A stretch of 64,000 bases of DNA from the NCBI RefSeq assembly GCF_004010195.1, contig NC_057719.1, forward strand, positions 8,054,190 through 8,118,189, in the 5' to 3' direction. The stretch comes from Chiloscyllium plagiosum. Lineage: Eukaryota. Position 1 is the first letter of the stretch. The number at the start of each line of letters is the position of its first letter. Below are positions 11,725 to 25,929 of the stretch, piece after piece. The notes beneath the pieces are model-generated. The model was not told where the DNA came from, searched no databases, and saw only the letters and a list, made by a program, of their open reading frames with translations. Position numbers and translations under genes: made by a program.

Positions 11725-12195
11725 CAAGATTCCCAAGATTTGTTCCTGAGATACTCTGCTGAAAAGCTCTTTCTAATCTGAGAGTTTCTCAGTTTCTTGT
11801 TTTTGAGCCAATATTCGGGTTAATTTCACTTGCTGTTTCAAAGCTCTTGATCTTTAGCCATTAATCACCAGTGTAAAGCCTTGGCAAAAGCTTTCTGAAA
11901 TATATATTACTCAGTATTGAAGGCCCATGCTGACCTATCAACTACAATGATGAGAGAAATGTAATTGCTATATATTTCAAAGAGCTTTTGCCAAGCTTTC
12001 ACTATGGTGATTAATGGCTAAGGAATAAGAATCTTGGAATAGCAAGTGAGGTTTGCAGCTGGTTAGAATATTAATTCTTGCTTTTAAGTTAGAGGGTGAC
12101 AGTAAATGGAAATTTTCAGGCTGGAAATAACATATGAACAAAGTCTTGGGATAATTTATTGGACCGCTGTTGTTTAATTTGTATTAACAAATTGG
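11725..12195. repeat. Two old CR1 RT fragments in inverted orientation forming a long palindrome
   Basis: 11826-11906 is the reverse complement of ~11970-12050; the right arm continues as degenerate F.KAF.K...LM.K...W...RVTVNG. Confidence 0.7.
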
Positions 12196-12482
12196 GAGAC
12201 GATGGCCGAGTGGTATTATCAGTGGACTCCAGAGACCCAGATAATGTTCTGGGGACCTGGGTTTGAATCCCACCACAGGAGATGGTGGAATTTTAATTCA
12301 ATATTTTTTTAAAAACCCTGAAATTAAGAACCTAATGATGGTCATGAATTCACTGTTGATTAGTGAAAAAGCTTATCTGGTTGTCTAATGCCCTTAAGGG
12401 AAGGAAACTGCCATCCTTACCTGGTCTGGCCTACATTGACCTAGCCAGTGACACCTTTGTGTCATGAATAAATTAAAAAAAA
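12196..12482 (+). mobile_element. tRNA-derived SINE
   Basis: gatggccgagtggtattatc..gggtttgaatcccacc..ggaaggaaactgccatccttacctggtctggcctaca; further copies at ~14370-14715, 34370-34880 and 42260-42535 (minus). Confidence 0.75.
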
Positions 12483-12559
12483 CCCTGGGAGCAGGTGTAG
12501 TAAATACTACTAGCAAGTACAGTTGCCAAAACACAGTTAAAAGTAATTATCTTAAAAGC

Positions 12560-14362
12560 AATTCTTTAGCAAATAGGGTTAACTTTAGCAATTAGCGTTA
12601 AAGAGAATCCAAAGGAATTCTACAAATACGTTAAGGACACAAGGATAACTAGGAAGAGAATAGAACCCCTTCAGATCAGCACGGCCGCTTATGTGTAGAA
12701 CTGCAGGAGATGGGGGAGATACTGAACGAATATTTTCCATCAGTGTTTATTGTGCAGAAGGATATGGAAGATAGAGAATGTGGGAGAATAAATAGTGACA
12801 TGTTAGAAAATGTGCATATTACAGAGGAGGAGGTGGTAGTCATCTTAAAACACATAAAGTTAGATAAATCCCCAGGACCTGATCAGGTGTACCCTAGAAC
12901 TCTGTGGGAAATGAGGTAAGAGATTGCTGGGCCCCTTGCTGAGATATTTATAACATCGATAGCCACAGGTGAGGTGCTAGAAGATTGGAGGTTGGCTAAC
13001 ATTGTGCCACTATTTTATAAAGGTGGTAAGGAAAAGCCAGGGAACTATCGACCAGTGAGCCTGACGTCAGTGGTAGGCAAGTTGTTGGAGGGAATACTGA
13101 GGGACATGATTTACATGTATTTAGAAAGGCAAGGACTAATTAGGGATAGTCAACATGGCTTTGTGCATGGAAAATCGTGTCTCACAAACTTGATTGAGTT
13201 TTTTCAAGAAGTAACAAGGAGGATGATGAGGGCAGAGCGGTGGACGTGATCTATGTGGACTTCAGAAAGACGTTCGACAAGGTTCCTCATGGTAGACTCC
13301 TTAGCAAGATTGGATCACATGGAATAGAGGGAGACCTATCCATTTGGATACAGAACTGGCTCGGAGTAGAAGACAGAGGGTGGTGGTGGAGGGCTTTTCA
13401 GACTGGAGGCCTGTGACTAGTGGTGCGCCACAAGGATCGGTGCTGGGTCTACTGCTTTTCATCATATCTATAAATGATTTGGATGTGAACATAGCACATA
13501 TGGTTAGTAAGTTTGCATATGACACCAAAATTGGAGATATAGTGGACAGCGAAGAAGGTTACCTCAGAGTACAAAGGGATCTTGCGGAGTAGCAAATGGA
13601 GTCTAATTTAGATAAATATGAAGTGTTGTATTTTGGAAAGGCAAATCAGGGCAGGATTATACACTTAATGGTATGGTCCTGGGAGTGTTGCTGAACAAAG
13701 AGATCTTGGAGTGCAGATTCATAATTCCTTGGAAGCAGAGTCTCAGGTAGATAGGCGTTTAGTATGCTTGCCTTTATTGGTCAGAGTATTGAGTATAGGA
13801 GCTGGGAGGTCATGTTGCAGTTGTACAGGACGTTGATTAGGTAACTTTTGGGGTATTACATGAAGTTCTGATCTTCCTCCTATAGGAAGGATGAACGTGA
13901 AAAGTTCAGAAAAGATTTACAAAGGATGTTGTCAGGGTTGGAGGGTTTGAGCTATGGGGAGAGGCTGAATAGACTGGGCTATTTTCCATGGAGCATTAAA
14001 TGCTGAAGGGGGGTCCTTAAAGAGCTTTATAAAATTGTGAGGGGCATGGATAGGGTCAATAGGCAAGGCCTTTTCCCCATTGTGGGGAGTCCAAAACTAG
14101 AGGGAAAGAATTAAAAGGGACCCGAGGGGCAACCTTTTCACACAGAGGTTGGTGTGTATATGGAATAAGCTACCAGAGGATGTGGAGGAGGCTGGACGAT
14201 CAAAACGTTTAAAAATCATCAGAATGGGTATGAATAGGAAGGGTTTAGAGGGATATGGGACCAACGCTGGTAAATGGGACTAGATTAATTTGGAATATCT
14301 GTTCAGCATTGACAGGTTGGACGAAAGGGTCAGTTTTTCGTGCTGTATATCTCTATGACTCT
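12560..14362 (+). mobile_element. CR1 LINE ORF2 (RT) plus 3' end, 5'-truncated and frameshifted
   Basis: KSPGPDQVYPRTLWE; EDWRLANIVPLFYKGGKEKPGNYRPVSLTSVVGKLLE; SGAPQGSVLG...KFAYDTKIG; ctctatgactcta tail. Confidence 0.95.
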
Positions 14363-15604
14363 AATATAAGATCTGGAATTGAAACTATTCATAGTAATGG
14401 TGACCATGACTCCATCATCAACTATAGTAAAATCCCATCTGGTTCACTAACTTCCTTTAGGGAAAGAAATGTGCCTTCTGTGGCTGGTCTGGATGACCTT
14501 TGACTCCATCTAACAACAACAAGGGGGGACAGCAGTGGTGTAGTGGTAATGTCAGTGAATCCAGAACCCCTGGCTAATGTTCTGAGACATGACCTTGAAT
14601 TCCATCTTGGTAGATGGTCAAATTTGAATGGTCATTAAAAATCTGAAATAAAAGCCAGCCTAATAGTAGCTGTGTAACTACTGTTGATTGTTATAAATAC
14701 CCATCTGGTTTTGCCTTGAGGCAAAAAAGCCTGAGAAAGAGGAAGATTAGACCGCACCAGTGGAATAACATGGGGTGCTTTGCTACATAAACATGCTAGA
14801 GAAATGCAAGTTGTTGAGTAAGGGAAGAAATTAAGTGGAATTTGGATAAAGGACAAGTTCCTTTGGGACAAATGGCTTTTATTTCTTCTTAATGTTCTAA
14901 CCTTAAGTTAACTACCTCAAGATGATGTCTACAAGATCTGTTTCTGTAGACCTTGTCTTAAAAGTGATATGCCTATGGAAGATACTTACATTTCCTTTCA
15001 TTTTCTTGCTATCTTTTCTCTGTCCTCCCTTTCTTCCTGGGGAATTGCTCCTTATCAACCTTGCAAAGTCTAATTCAAATGTAGATTTACTTGCAGGAAG
15101 GTAACAGAAATGAAAATGAAAAATTCATCTCAGTTTCTTTATTCCAGAGAAATACGGCTTGATCCTATTAATAAATGTAAGACACTTTGATGGTTGAGGG
15201 TTTATCAGATACCTGATGAATGGACAATTTTTGTCCTAGTCTTTAACTCGATCCATGTAGATTCAATCTTAATGCAATGTCCTGGATAATCCATAAATTC
15301 ATAGCTCAATGATAGAATGTCAATGAACTTGCATATTGGTTTCCTTATTAATCTGTCAGTGTTCAAATGTTTTAAGTGCATACTTTGTGCTTCATTTCAA
15401 CTACAATGGCTATCAATATTCCTCTTTACTTTTCATTGACATTGCATTCAGTAGAATAATGCACTTTTTGATGTTACTGATATCATAACAGGCGAAAAGC
15501 AATTTTCCAAGGAATGTAAGGATCGTTCACAATAATCTCTGTCCCATGATAATAATTCTGTATTGGCTTGCTAGTAGCTTTCTATTTACATCCAACCAGG
15601 CCAT

Positions 15605-17030
15605 ACGAGTCGGGCTTGGGAATAGGAAGGGTGCAGTCACTTTGATAGGATTATACTATAGGCCTTCCAGCAGCCAATGGCTGATAGAGGAATAGATTAT
15701 GGAAAAGTGTAAAAAGAACAGGATTGTTGCGGTGGGTGATTTTAACTTCCCCTATATTCACTGGGACTCACTTAGTGCCAGGGTCTTGGATGGGGAGAAA
15801 TTTGTTTGGTGTGTCCAGGACAGTTTTTTGAAAGATTATGTAAATAGTCCAACTAGGGAAGGGGCTGTACTAGACCAGGTATTGGAGAATGAGCCCGGCC
15901 AGGTGATTGAAGTTTCACTGGGGCAGCATTTCGGGAACAGTGACCATAATTCTGTAAGTTTTAACTTATTTTTGGGTAAGGATCAGAGTAGAACCCAGGT
16001 GGAAGTATTTAACCTGGGGAAGGCTAACTACCACAATGTTAGGCAGAAACTACGGAATGTAGATTGGGGGCAGCTGTTTGAGGGTATAAATTCACATGAG
16101 GCATGTTGGAATCTTTTAAAAGCCAGTTGATTAGTGTTTGGAACCAGTATGTTCCTACGAAAATGAAGGATAAAAAGATTTGAGAACCTTGATGACAAGA
16201 GAAGTTGAGAGCTTAGCCAAAAGAAAAGGGGGTATCCGTAAGATTGAGGAAACTGAAGACAGACCGAATCTTTGAAGCAGCTGGTGTTTAATCCAATTAC
16301 ATGTAAGATGATGCAATGTGGAAGATCTAATGCATGAGGGAAACGTACAGTAAATGGCAGAACTGTTGTAGCATCAACATACAGAGAGTCTACAGTTCCC
16401 TGAAAGTGACAACACAAGTGGATAAGATGTTCAAGAAGGCATTAGGCATGCTTGCCTTCATGGGTCGAGGCATAGAGTATAAAAACTGGCAAGTGATGGT
16501 GCAGTTGTATGAAACTTTAGTTAGGCCACATTTGAAATATTGTATACAATTCTAATCACCATATGATGAGAAGGATGTGGAGGCTTTGGAGAGTGTACAA
16601 AAAGGATTTCACAGGATGTTGCCTAATTTGGAAGGTTTTAGCAACAAGGAGAGATTTGACAGAAGGCATGACCTGATAGAAATTTACGAAATTATGAGAG
16701 GCATGGATAGTTGGAGTCTTTTTCTCGTGGTGAAAAATCCAATTGCAAATGGACATAACTTTAAGGATAAAGGAGGAAAGTTTAAAGGAGATGTGAAAGG
16801 CAGGTTTTTTTACACAGATGGTGGTAAGTAGCTGGAATGTGCTGCCAGAGGAGGTGGTAGGGGCAGATACAATAGCAGTGTTTAAGAGGTATCTTGACAC
16901 ATATATGAATAGGCAGTTAAAATAGAGGGATATGGACCATGTAGACGCAAAAGATCTTTAGTTTAGAAAGGCATCATGTGTCATTTCAGGCTTGTAAGGC
17001 CAAAGGCCCTATTCCTGTACTGTACTCTTT
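15605..17030 (+). mobile_element. CR1 LINE, APE endonuclease joined to RT C-terminus (large internal deletion)
   Basis: VGDFNFPYIHWD...SPTREGAVLD..LENEPGQV..FGNSDHNSVSF (APE), then LYETLVRPHLKYCIQF and the 3' UTR. Confidence 0.9.
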
Positions 17031-17126
17031 GCACCTATATGATGTGACTACCTTGCTACAGCTGCCCTCCACCACCCTTTCCCAACCTCACCTTTGTTAG
17101 AATGCTATTCATTTAAAATTTTGAGG

Positions 17127-18503
17127 TATGAGCCTGGTGTCCTTGGTGGGCAAGTTGTTTGAGGGAATCCTGATGGAAAGGATGTACATGTATTTGGAAA
17201 GGCAAGGACTGATTAGGGATAGTCAACATGGCTTTGTGCGTGGGAAATCATGTCTCACAAACTTGATTGAGTTTTGTGAAGAAGTAACAAAGAGGATTGA
17301 TGAGGGCAGAGCGGTAGATGTGACCTATGTGAACTTCAGTAAGGCGTTCGACAAGATTCCCCATGGGAGACTGGTTAGCAAGGTTAGATCTTACAGAATA
17401 CAGGGAGAACTAGCCATTTAGATACAGAACTGGCTCAAAGGTAGAAGACAGAGGATGGTGGTGGAGGGTTGTTTTTCAGACTGGAGGCCTATGACCAGTG
17501 GAGTGCCACAAGGATCGGTGCTCGGTCCACTACTTTTTGTCATTTACATAAATGATTTGGATGTGAGCATTAGAGATACAGTTAGTAAGTTTGCAGATGA
17601 CACCAAAATTGGAGGTGTAGTGGACAGCGAAGAGGGTTACCTCAGATTACAACAGGATCTGGACCAGATGGGCCAATGGGCTGAGAAGTGGCAGATGGAG
17701 TTAAATTCAGATAAATGCGAGGTGCTGCATTTTTGGGAAAACAAAATCTTAGCAGGACTTATACATTTAATAGTAAGGTCCTAGGGAGTGTTAAGACCTT
17801 GGAGTGCAAGTTCATAACTCCTTGAAAGTGGAGTCGCAGGTAGATAGGATAGTGAAGAAGGCGTTTGGTATGCTTTATTTTATTGGTCAGAGTATTGAGT
17901 ACATGAGTCGGGAGGTCATGTTGCGGCTGTACAGGACATTCGTTCGGCCACTGTTGGAATATTGCATGCAATTCTGGTCTCCTTCCTATCAGAAAGATGT
18001 TGTGAAACTTGAAAGGGTTCAGAAAAGATTTACAAGGAGGTTGCCTGGGTTGGAGGATCTGAGCTACAGGGAGAGGCTGAACAGGCTGGGGCTGTTTTCC
18101 CTGGGCTGTTTTCCCTGGAGTGTCGGAGGCTGAAGGGTGACCTTATAGAGGTTTACAAAATTATGAGGGACATAATTGACAAAGTATTTTCCCTGGGGTT
18201 GGGGAGTCCAGAAATAGAGGGCATAGGTTTAGGGTGAGAGGGGAAAGTTATAAAAGAGACCTAAGGGGCAATTCTTTCACACAGAGGGTGGTACGGGTAT
18301 GGAATGAGCTGTCAGAGGAAGTGGTGGAGGTTTGTACAATTGGAACATTTAAAAGGCATTTGGATGGGTATATGAATAGGAAGGATTTGGAGGGATATGG
18401 GCTGGGTGCTGGCAGGTGGGACTAGATTGGGTTGGGATATCTGGTCGGCATGGACAGGTTGGACCGAAGTGTCTGTTTCCATGCTGTACATCTCTATGAC
18501 TCT
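17127..18503 (+). mobile_element. CR1 LINE RT plus 3' end, relatively young
   Basis: [62 protein letters not shown]; ctctatgactcta tail. Confidence 0.95.
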
Positions 18504-18637
18504 ATATCCTGCTCCTCCTACTGATTGTGTAGAGCACTCTGGTAACATACAGCATTTGACAAATGACCTAGATGCTCCATTCAGAACTTCTCTGAACACT
18601 CTTATCTCTTTGCAATCCTGATTATCATTATTCTAGC

Positions 18638-18768
18638 AGGACTGAAGAAGGGTTACACCTGTAACATTGGCTTTTCCACCTCCTGATGCTGACTGGCTTG
18701 CTGTGTTCTTCCAGCCTCCTGCTTATCTACCTTCGAATCCAGCATCTGCAGTTTGTTTTTGTCTCTGA
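18638..18768 (+). mobile_element. PLE-terminus unit with a degenerate hammerhead
   Basis: ctgaagaagggttacacctgtaac..ctgatgctgactggcttgctgtgttcttccagc..ccagcatctgcag. Confidence 0.6.
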
Positions 18769-19319
18769 AAATACATTGAAATAGTTAAACACATTGCTAT
18801 TGATACAAGTACTTAGAACACAATGATAGGGTCAGTTTAGAAGGAATTAAAGTGTATACTGTCGAATGTATTTCTTGGAGATAACCAATAATCTGCAAAT
18901 CCTGTAGATGTGATACCATTGAACCAATGATGTAGCATGTATGTTGGTGTCTGAAGTTGAGCAGCCACGGCACTGTGTCTATGCCAAAAGATGTCCATCA
19001 TGTGACAGATACTAATGTAGAGACATTAATAATGTTCTTTGCAAACTTGTCTCTTGATGAGTTTGGCTGTTAGGGATAATGATTTTTGTCTACTTTTCAT
19101 ACGCTATGATTTTACACACATTAACAGTTTAAAGAGAGACAGCTGACCATAAGTCAGATTTTGACCTCTTAGTTCTGAGCACAGAATTGTACTGACAGAA
19201 AAGATCATCCAGCTCTCATCGAAAATGTGGATGAGACTAGTCACCTTTGTGCTCCCTTTGCTTGCCTGCCAAAGGGACATTGCCACTTCTTTACAGATGC
19301 ATTATTTGAGAGTGGATAA

Positions 19320-19612
19320 AATTGTATTGCAAGCAGTTCAGGGACGTTCATTTGTCTCATTTCTGGGATGCACGAGTTAGTCTATGAGGAAAATTAGGAC
19401 AGATTGGGCCTGTACCTATTGGATTTTAGAAGACTTAAAGGGGTGATCTTGTTCACATACGCAAAATCTTGAGGGGATTTTATGGATTCAATATTGGGAG
19501 CATATTTTATTTTGTGGAAGCTGGAACTAGGGGGATACAGTTTTAAGAGCAAGAGGCATCCTTTATAAGACAGAGAAGGCTCAAAAGGCCTAATCCTGCT
19601 TCTAAGTCCATT
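19320..19612 (+). mobile_element. Old CR1 3' fragment
   Basis: gcagttcagggacgttca..tatgaggaaaattaggacagattgggcctgtac..ttttagaaga. Confidence 0.65.
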
Positions 19613-19884
19613 ATAACTGCTGAGAATTGGTTTTTCATTAACTCTGTCTTTCTGAAGTCACTTAAAACAAAGCACAAAGCTCTGCCACATTATTGCATTG
19701 AATGAGGAAAAGCCAGAAATGGGACCCTGTACTTATCTAAAAGATATTAAAGAGCATGAATTTTCAGAGACCAAGCTTGGAGATCTTCCAATTTTGCACA
19801 GTCTTAAAGTGGGAGATCTTCCGGCAATGAGGCAGATAATCAGCTGTTGATAGGCTCTCTGCTGGAATTCAGACCCTTGCGCCA

Positions 19885-20725
19885 ATCTCCTGCTTTCTCC
19901 ATTGCACACTATTTCTATCTAAATAACCGTCCAAAGTCATCTTGAAAGCTTTCGTTGAATCCACCTCCACCACGTTTCCAGGCAGTACATTCCATACCTG
20001 ACCTACTCGCTGTGTGAGAAAGTTTTTTCTCATTCATCCCACTTTCATTTAACAACATGCCTTCTTGTTTTTTTCTTTCATAATTTTGAAAATCTTTTTC
20101 GATTCTCTTGAACCATCTTCTTTCCAAGGAGAACAGTCCAAACTTCTTCAGTCTCTCCACATAAGGGAAATTTCTCATTCCTCGAACCATTCTAGTAAAT
20201 CACTTCCTCATCCTTACCTGTGCATTCACATCAATCCAATGACATGGTTGCTACAGCTGTACACAATACTCCACCTGAGATCTGTCAACAGTCTTGTATG
20301 ACTTGAACATCACCTCCTTGCTCTTGTTCTCTATCCCCCTATTAATAAAGCTGATGACACTGTATTAACCACTTTATTAACTGCTCTCTCCACCTGTTCT
20401 GCTACCTTCACTGATGTGTGCATATAAACCCAGATCCCTCTGCAGCTGCAATCCTGTAGACTTGTACCCACTACTTTGCATTGACTTTCAATGTCCTTCC
20501 TGCCAAAGAACATTACCTCACACTTCTCTGTGTTGAACCTCATCTGCCACCTATTTGCCTACTCCACCAACTTGTCACTGCCCTATTGGAGTTCCACACT
20601 ATCCTCCTCACAGTTTTATGTCATCTGCAAACTTTGTCCTCTGCACACCAAGATACAGATCATTTATATATATCAGGTAAAGCAAGATCACAATACTGAC
20701 TCCTGAGGAGCTCCACTACAAACCT
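19885..20725 (-). mobile_element. Old CR1 3' fragment
   Basis: MRFNTEKCEVMFFGRK; MVRGMRNFPYVERLKKFGLFSLERR. Confidence 0.8.
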
Positions 20726-20889
20726 TCAGCGGGGAAGTTTGCTGATAATTGCACAATGTTCAGCACCATTCATGATGACTCAGATGCTGAGGTAGTCCAT
20801 GTTCAAATGAAACAAGATCTGGTCAATATCCAGACTCAGGAGAGATCAAGGCAATCACATTCATTTTGAATTTGTCAAATAAAAACCCT

Positions 20890-21520
20890 TAATAATAGGA
20901 TGAATGGGTTTCAGTGGTGGAAATATATGTAAACCTTTTGATATTGAAAACAGGGACTGAAGAAACAGGAGATACTTCTTTACTCGGACAGTTTTTAGGA
21001 TTTGGAATGCACTGCGTGGGAGAGAGGTGGGGGTGGATTCCATGGGAAGTTTCAAAAGGAGCTAGATATATTTGAGGGGTATAGATTGGGTTAATGGTAG
21101 GTTTTTCCCTATGAAGGGAGATTTTGAAACTAGGGGACACATTTTAATGGGGAGAGGAGAGAGATTTAATAATGAAATGAGGGGCAAGCTTTTACACAGA
21201 GGGTGGTTTGCATGTGGAATGAACATCCTGAGGAAGTGGTGGATGTGGGTATAATTACAACATTTAAAAGATACTTGGATAGGTACATGAATAGGAAAGG
21301 TTTGGAGGGATATGGGCCAGCAACAGGCAGGTGGAACTAGTTTAGTTTGGAGTGGTTGGATCGGAGGGTCTGTTTCTATGATGTATGACTCTATGATGAA
21401 GTTAAAGGGCTATGGACATGGAGATAGAGTGAGATTAGCTGGGGAGTTCTTTCAGGAGCTGGCACAGATATGATGGGTTGGATGACTTCCTTCTGTCCTG
21501 TAAAATTCTAGAATTCTATG
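20890..21520 (+). mobile_element. Nested CR1 3' ends
   Basis: RGIDWVNGRFFP..TRGH; inner tail tgactctatga at ~21390 lies inside an older CR1 3' UTR. Confidence 0.7.
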
Positions 21521-21991
21521 ACTTCATAATCCTTTAAAAGGAGCTTGATTGATCATTGATTACTCATTAGCAAGGGCCAAGACCTATTGAGCACTATCTC
21601 ATGAATGGGGAGGGAATCAAAAATCAGCAATAAGGTTGGACAATTTAGAGTTTCACATATATTTTATATGAACAACCAGCACTTGTTAAGATCGTCCCTC
21701 CTGTTGCTGGTTATATCATCTTGCTATTTAATATTGTCTGCTGTAGTAATAGTGAACTCAGTTTTGTTTGTAATTATTTAAGATGTGGACCAGAGGAGTC
21801 TTTAAGGATCAACTGATGCAAATTTTAAATTTGTTTTTTTTAATGCAGTTGTGTCTATACTTCTAATATTTGGTTAGTTTTGAACTACTTTGTGGTACCA
21901 TGATATCACGAAGGACAATCTTGTCTTTTTTGCTACTTTCACAATAACCCCGAAATTAACAGCATAATTTGGGTATACCACCAGGTGAAAT

Positions 21992-22195
21992 GTAAAGTCA
22001 CCATAGTCTTACCACACCATAGGTCTGCTCTCTCATTACACAATGGTGGTTTAACCTGAAGTTCAGCATGCTGCAGGCAAACGGAGAGATTAAGAAAGAG
22101 AATCCTTGATGGTAACCTCAGCTGGTGCGGGAATTGAGCTCACATTTGGCATCACTCTGGAACGTAAACAAGCCAGCTGAGCTAACTGGACCCCT
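21992..22195 (-). mobile_element. tRNA-headed SINE, third family (copies at ~48970-49190 and ~62985-63172)
   Basis: Minus-strand head ttagctcagctggc..gagtgatgcc..ctcaattcccgcaccagctgaggttacc is shared by the three copies. Confidence 0.65.
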
Positions 22196-22449
22196 GAGTC
22201 CGTTTCTCTTTCCACAAATGCTCCGGACCTGTTGCATTATTTTGCTTTAACAGCCAAGCTAAGCTGACTGTCTTGAATAATACTATTGGTTTGATTCCTG
22301 TTGATGGTAATGATTTATAATCATCTGAATATTCTGTCTTTTTCTCAGGAGTACATCATCATTAGATTACATGTGATAGGGAGAAACTGTTCCCACTCTT
22401 GTAAGTATTGAGAATGAGAGGGCACAGCTTTACATGAGGTGAAATCGTT

Positions 22450-22640
22450 TCACAGAATCCCATAGTGCGGAAACAGGCCATTCGGCCCAACAAATCCACA
22501 CCGAACCTCCGAGAGCATCCTGCCCAGAACCATCCCCCTACCCTATCCCTGTAACCCTGCACACCTGTGGTTAAGACAGCTAATTTACATATCCCTGAAC
22601 ACTATGGATGATTTAGCACGGCCAAGTTTGCACATCTTTG
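22450..22640 (-). mobile_element. V-SINE 3' fragment
   Basis: gaaacaggccattcggcccaacaaatccacaccga..tgcacatctttg. Confidence 0.7.
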
Positions 22641-25600
22641 TTTAGTGATTAGTTTCCAGCTCGGTACTACCTGAGAGTGTGATGGGGCAAGTTCAATTGA
22701 AGCCTTTAAATCACAGATTCAGAGAAGTGTTACAGACAGAAGGAGGCCATTCAGCCCATCATGTCTGCACAGGCTCGTCACATGAGCGTCATTACTTAGT
22801 GCCAATCTTCTGCTTTTTTTTGTATTCTTGCACATTATTTCTAATCAATTAATCAATTAATCTGCCCTCTGGAATGAAAATGGTGCTATCTGAAAAGGAA
22901 GAATATACAGGGCTATGTTGAGCAGGTGAGTCGGTCATTCAAAGAGCTGGTGCAGACATGATGGACCTAATAGCCTCATTCTGCGCTACAAAAGTTCTGT
23001 GATTCTGTGGAAAAAATGGTTAATAAAATGCTGTAATGTTCTATGTTCTAAAAGACATGAGCTAGATTGTTACATCTTCATAATTTAAACACATCAAAAT
23101 GATTCATTAACTAGCAATGGTAAAAACGGTTGGTTATTTGCAGTAATTAGCTAACACCCAATAAACAATTTTTTGTAATACAAGGATTACAAAAAGAATA
23201 AACCTGGAAGAAGTGTGCGATTGATAACTAGCTTGAACTCCAGACAATACAGTGCACAATGTGATCGGTCTGATCATATTGAACCCTATTCTGGGAACCT
23301 GCTGTGCAGCTTAGATTCATAAAAGTGAAGTATGATAAATAGATCTTCTTCATTGGAAATGTCAGGGTCAGTGTTCTGTGACATAGCAGTCAAAGTCTGT
23401 GTTATGATGCAGGGAAAGTTGCCAGTATAAATGTAGTCTTATCTATTATTCTACTGAATCTCTTTCAGTCTACAAAGTATTTGCTTCAGTGGGATAGTAT
23501 GGTGCCATTTTAATAAACCAATAATTTTAAGAATAAAGAAAATTTTTTCTTAAAAATGTCCTTTTCATTTTTGTTAAAATTAATTATCTGAATAACCATA
23601 AATTTATCTTTTTAATATTACTTTTTGTCACAAAGTAATATCATCATTTCATTAAATTGCTTCACACATCTTGGTAGTCTTACATGCAAAGGTTCAAACA
23701 TTGTTCGTAGAAACTTGTGAGAGAGAGGTGTGAGAGATGTGGGCGTCTGTGCCTGTTTAAACTGTGCCAGGAAATGTCACTGGTAGGATGTAGAAAGTAT
23801 AAGTTCCTCATTATTGACAGAATTGCAATGCAGCAGTTCTTCCGTGTACAAACATTACTAGTACAGCTGGGCATCCTAGATCCCAATCTGCTGACATATT
23901 CCTGTAATTAGTACCACATATGTCCTATGCCCACCAGTTTGACAGGCATACACCCAGAGGCATCTGCCTTTAATATCAAATATGATGGCAGTTGGATTGG
24001 TTCCTCAGCTCTGGAGTAGAGTTGGGGGGAACATCCTGATTTAATCACTGCAGGGCCTTGTTGATCTTCTTTCTCCTGTTTCTTCCTCTATAGATTGTCA
24101 GCTTCGGTTGGATATGGTCCTGATGGTTTCATGGCATTTCGTCCCCACTGCCAGTCAAGCATCTCAGTTTTTTCAGTTTCTTTTCCTCTCTTCATTTCCA
24201 ATATTTTTATGCTTATAAACTAAAGAGTTAAAACACAATCTTAAGAAATAGCAGTTAGACCTAATTAAACAAAGAAGGTGCTCAAACTGGTTCATCGATA
24301 AGTAGGTCAGATATGTTAGGAGCATATAAACTAGCCAGTTTAGTGCAACATAGTACTTTAGTGAGCCAATAGAGTTCCAGATTAGGGTGATTTAGGGAGT
24401 TGGGGGATAAAAGAAAGAGGCACTCTATTGCTTTAGCTTTTTCTAGATATTTCAGATTCAGATTTTTAAGATTCTTAATCTTCTACAGGAAGAAGAGTGT
24501 CTGGTAAGTGAGTAAGTAATTGCTCAGTTGTACTGAAATTAAACATTGTTAAAAGAATGCAATAGCTTTTTGTCTTGCCCACATCAGAACCAGGTTTCAA
24601 GAAATAGACTTGAAATAAGGGACAGCATGGGGAGAGGCTGCTGATTAGTTGGACCACCATTGTCATGGAGATACCGCAAGAATAGTTAACTGTTAAGTTT
24701 AATTCTCAGACCAGGCATATAGATTCTGATGAGACAGGGTGTTGCTATGGTGATACAGCAAAAATTGGCTCTATCTATGATTCGTTTTTATGAAAAAGAT
24801 GTAATATATGCACAAATTTACTTCTGCCAAATAAGACAGGATCCTGTGCATTTATATAATATAGCTTATATAGAGCCTAACTGATGATCTTAAATTGATC
24901 TGAATTAATAAATGAATTACTTCCAGTTGCAGAAACGCATCTACTGGTGGATGTTTATTTCTGAGGCTTACTGGCACGGGTTTTCTGAGCACAGTCGGCA
25001 TGCTGCACTCTGTGAATGTTCAATGGGATGAGTCATTGGATGTGGTACCAGTCATCAGGATCTACAGGCTTATAAATCTCGTATCAACTCTGAAACCCCT
25101 ATCATGTGACTAATTTGGTGAGCTACTCACCATCCTGATTTGAAAACAATATCGCAGTTCCTTCAATGTCATTGGAAAAAAGACCTGGAATTTCTCCCGA
25201 ATGGTATTGTGGGTCAACCTACAGAATTGTAATCTGCAGCAATTCAAAAAGTCCACTCACCATCACCTTCTCAAGCACAACTAGGCTAGGGATGGGCATT
25301 AAATGCTGGCCAAGCCAGCATTGTCCACATCCCATGAGTGAATAAAATTGACAATTGTGGTACCATAGCATGCTTGGCTAGGGACCAAGGATTTGAATAA
25401 ATAGGTACTTGATGACTAGCCAAACACGATGGGCCAAAGAGCCCCTTTGTGTGCTGAAATACTCTATGATTGTATGATTTTCATCTTTTTTATGTCTGTT
25501 CATTGTTTCCAGTTGGCTCCACCCGCTCTGGTATCATGCTTATAAATATTTTTCCATCCTAACCATTGTTTCTGTATCCTTAACCAGATCAAACAGAAAC

Positions 25601-25929
25601 TGTAAAGTCCCAATAAGCATTGAGGAACAGCTTTCTAATATCTGTTCATCTCCATCAATGTAAAGGTCTCACTGCGTTCTCTAAGGCATATAATTGCTCA
25701 CCATTTAAAATTTTCAGATATGAATTTGCAGTCATGCCGTTTGTTAAGAGATTGCTGTGGTGGTGTTCACATTTTGATGGGCAGCTCTTGAATACCAAGC
25801 ATTCTGCAATAAATTGCTCAATCTATCTTGTGCTCGTCGAGATCCGTGTTTCCATGGATCATAAACATGCATGCATTTATAGAATTCTTTTTTGACCTTG
25901 GGGCATTGCAATTTATAGTCAGTTAATAA

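Noticed and set aside
14990..15089. Minus-strand 100-nt exon candidate (KSTFELDFARLIRSNSPGRKGG...)
   Set aside because: Good donor, but an AAG acceptor, an unrecognised peptide and no partner exons on that strand.
24093..24160. Exon after the strong acceptor ttcttcctctatag
   Set aside because: No convincing donor before in-frame stops.
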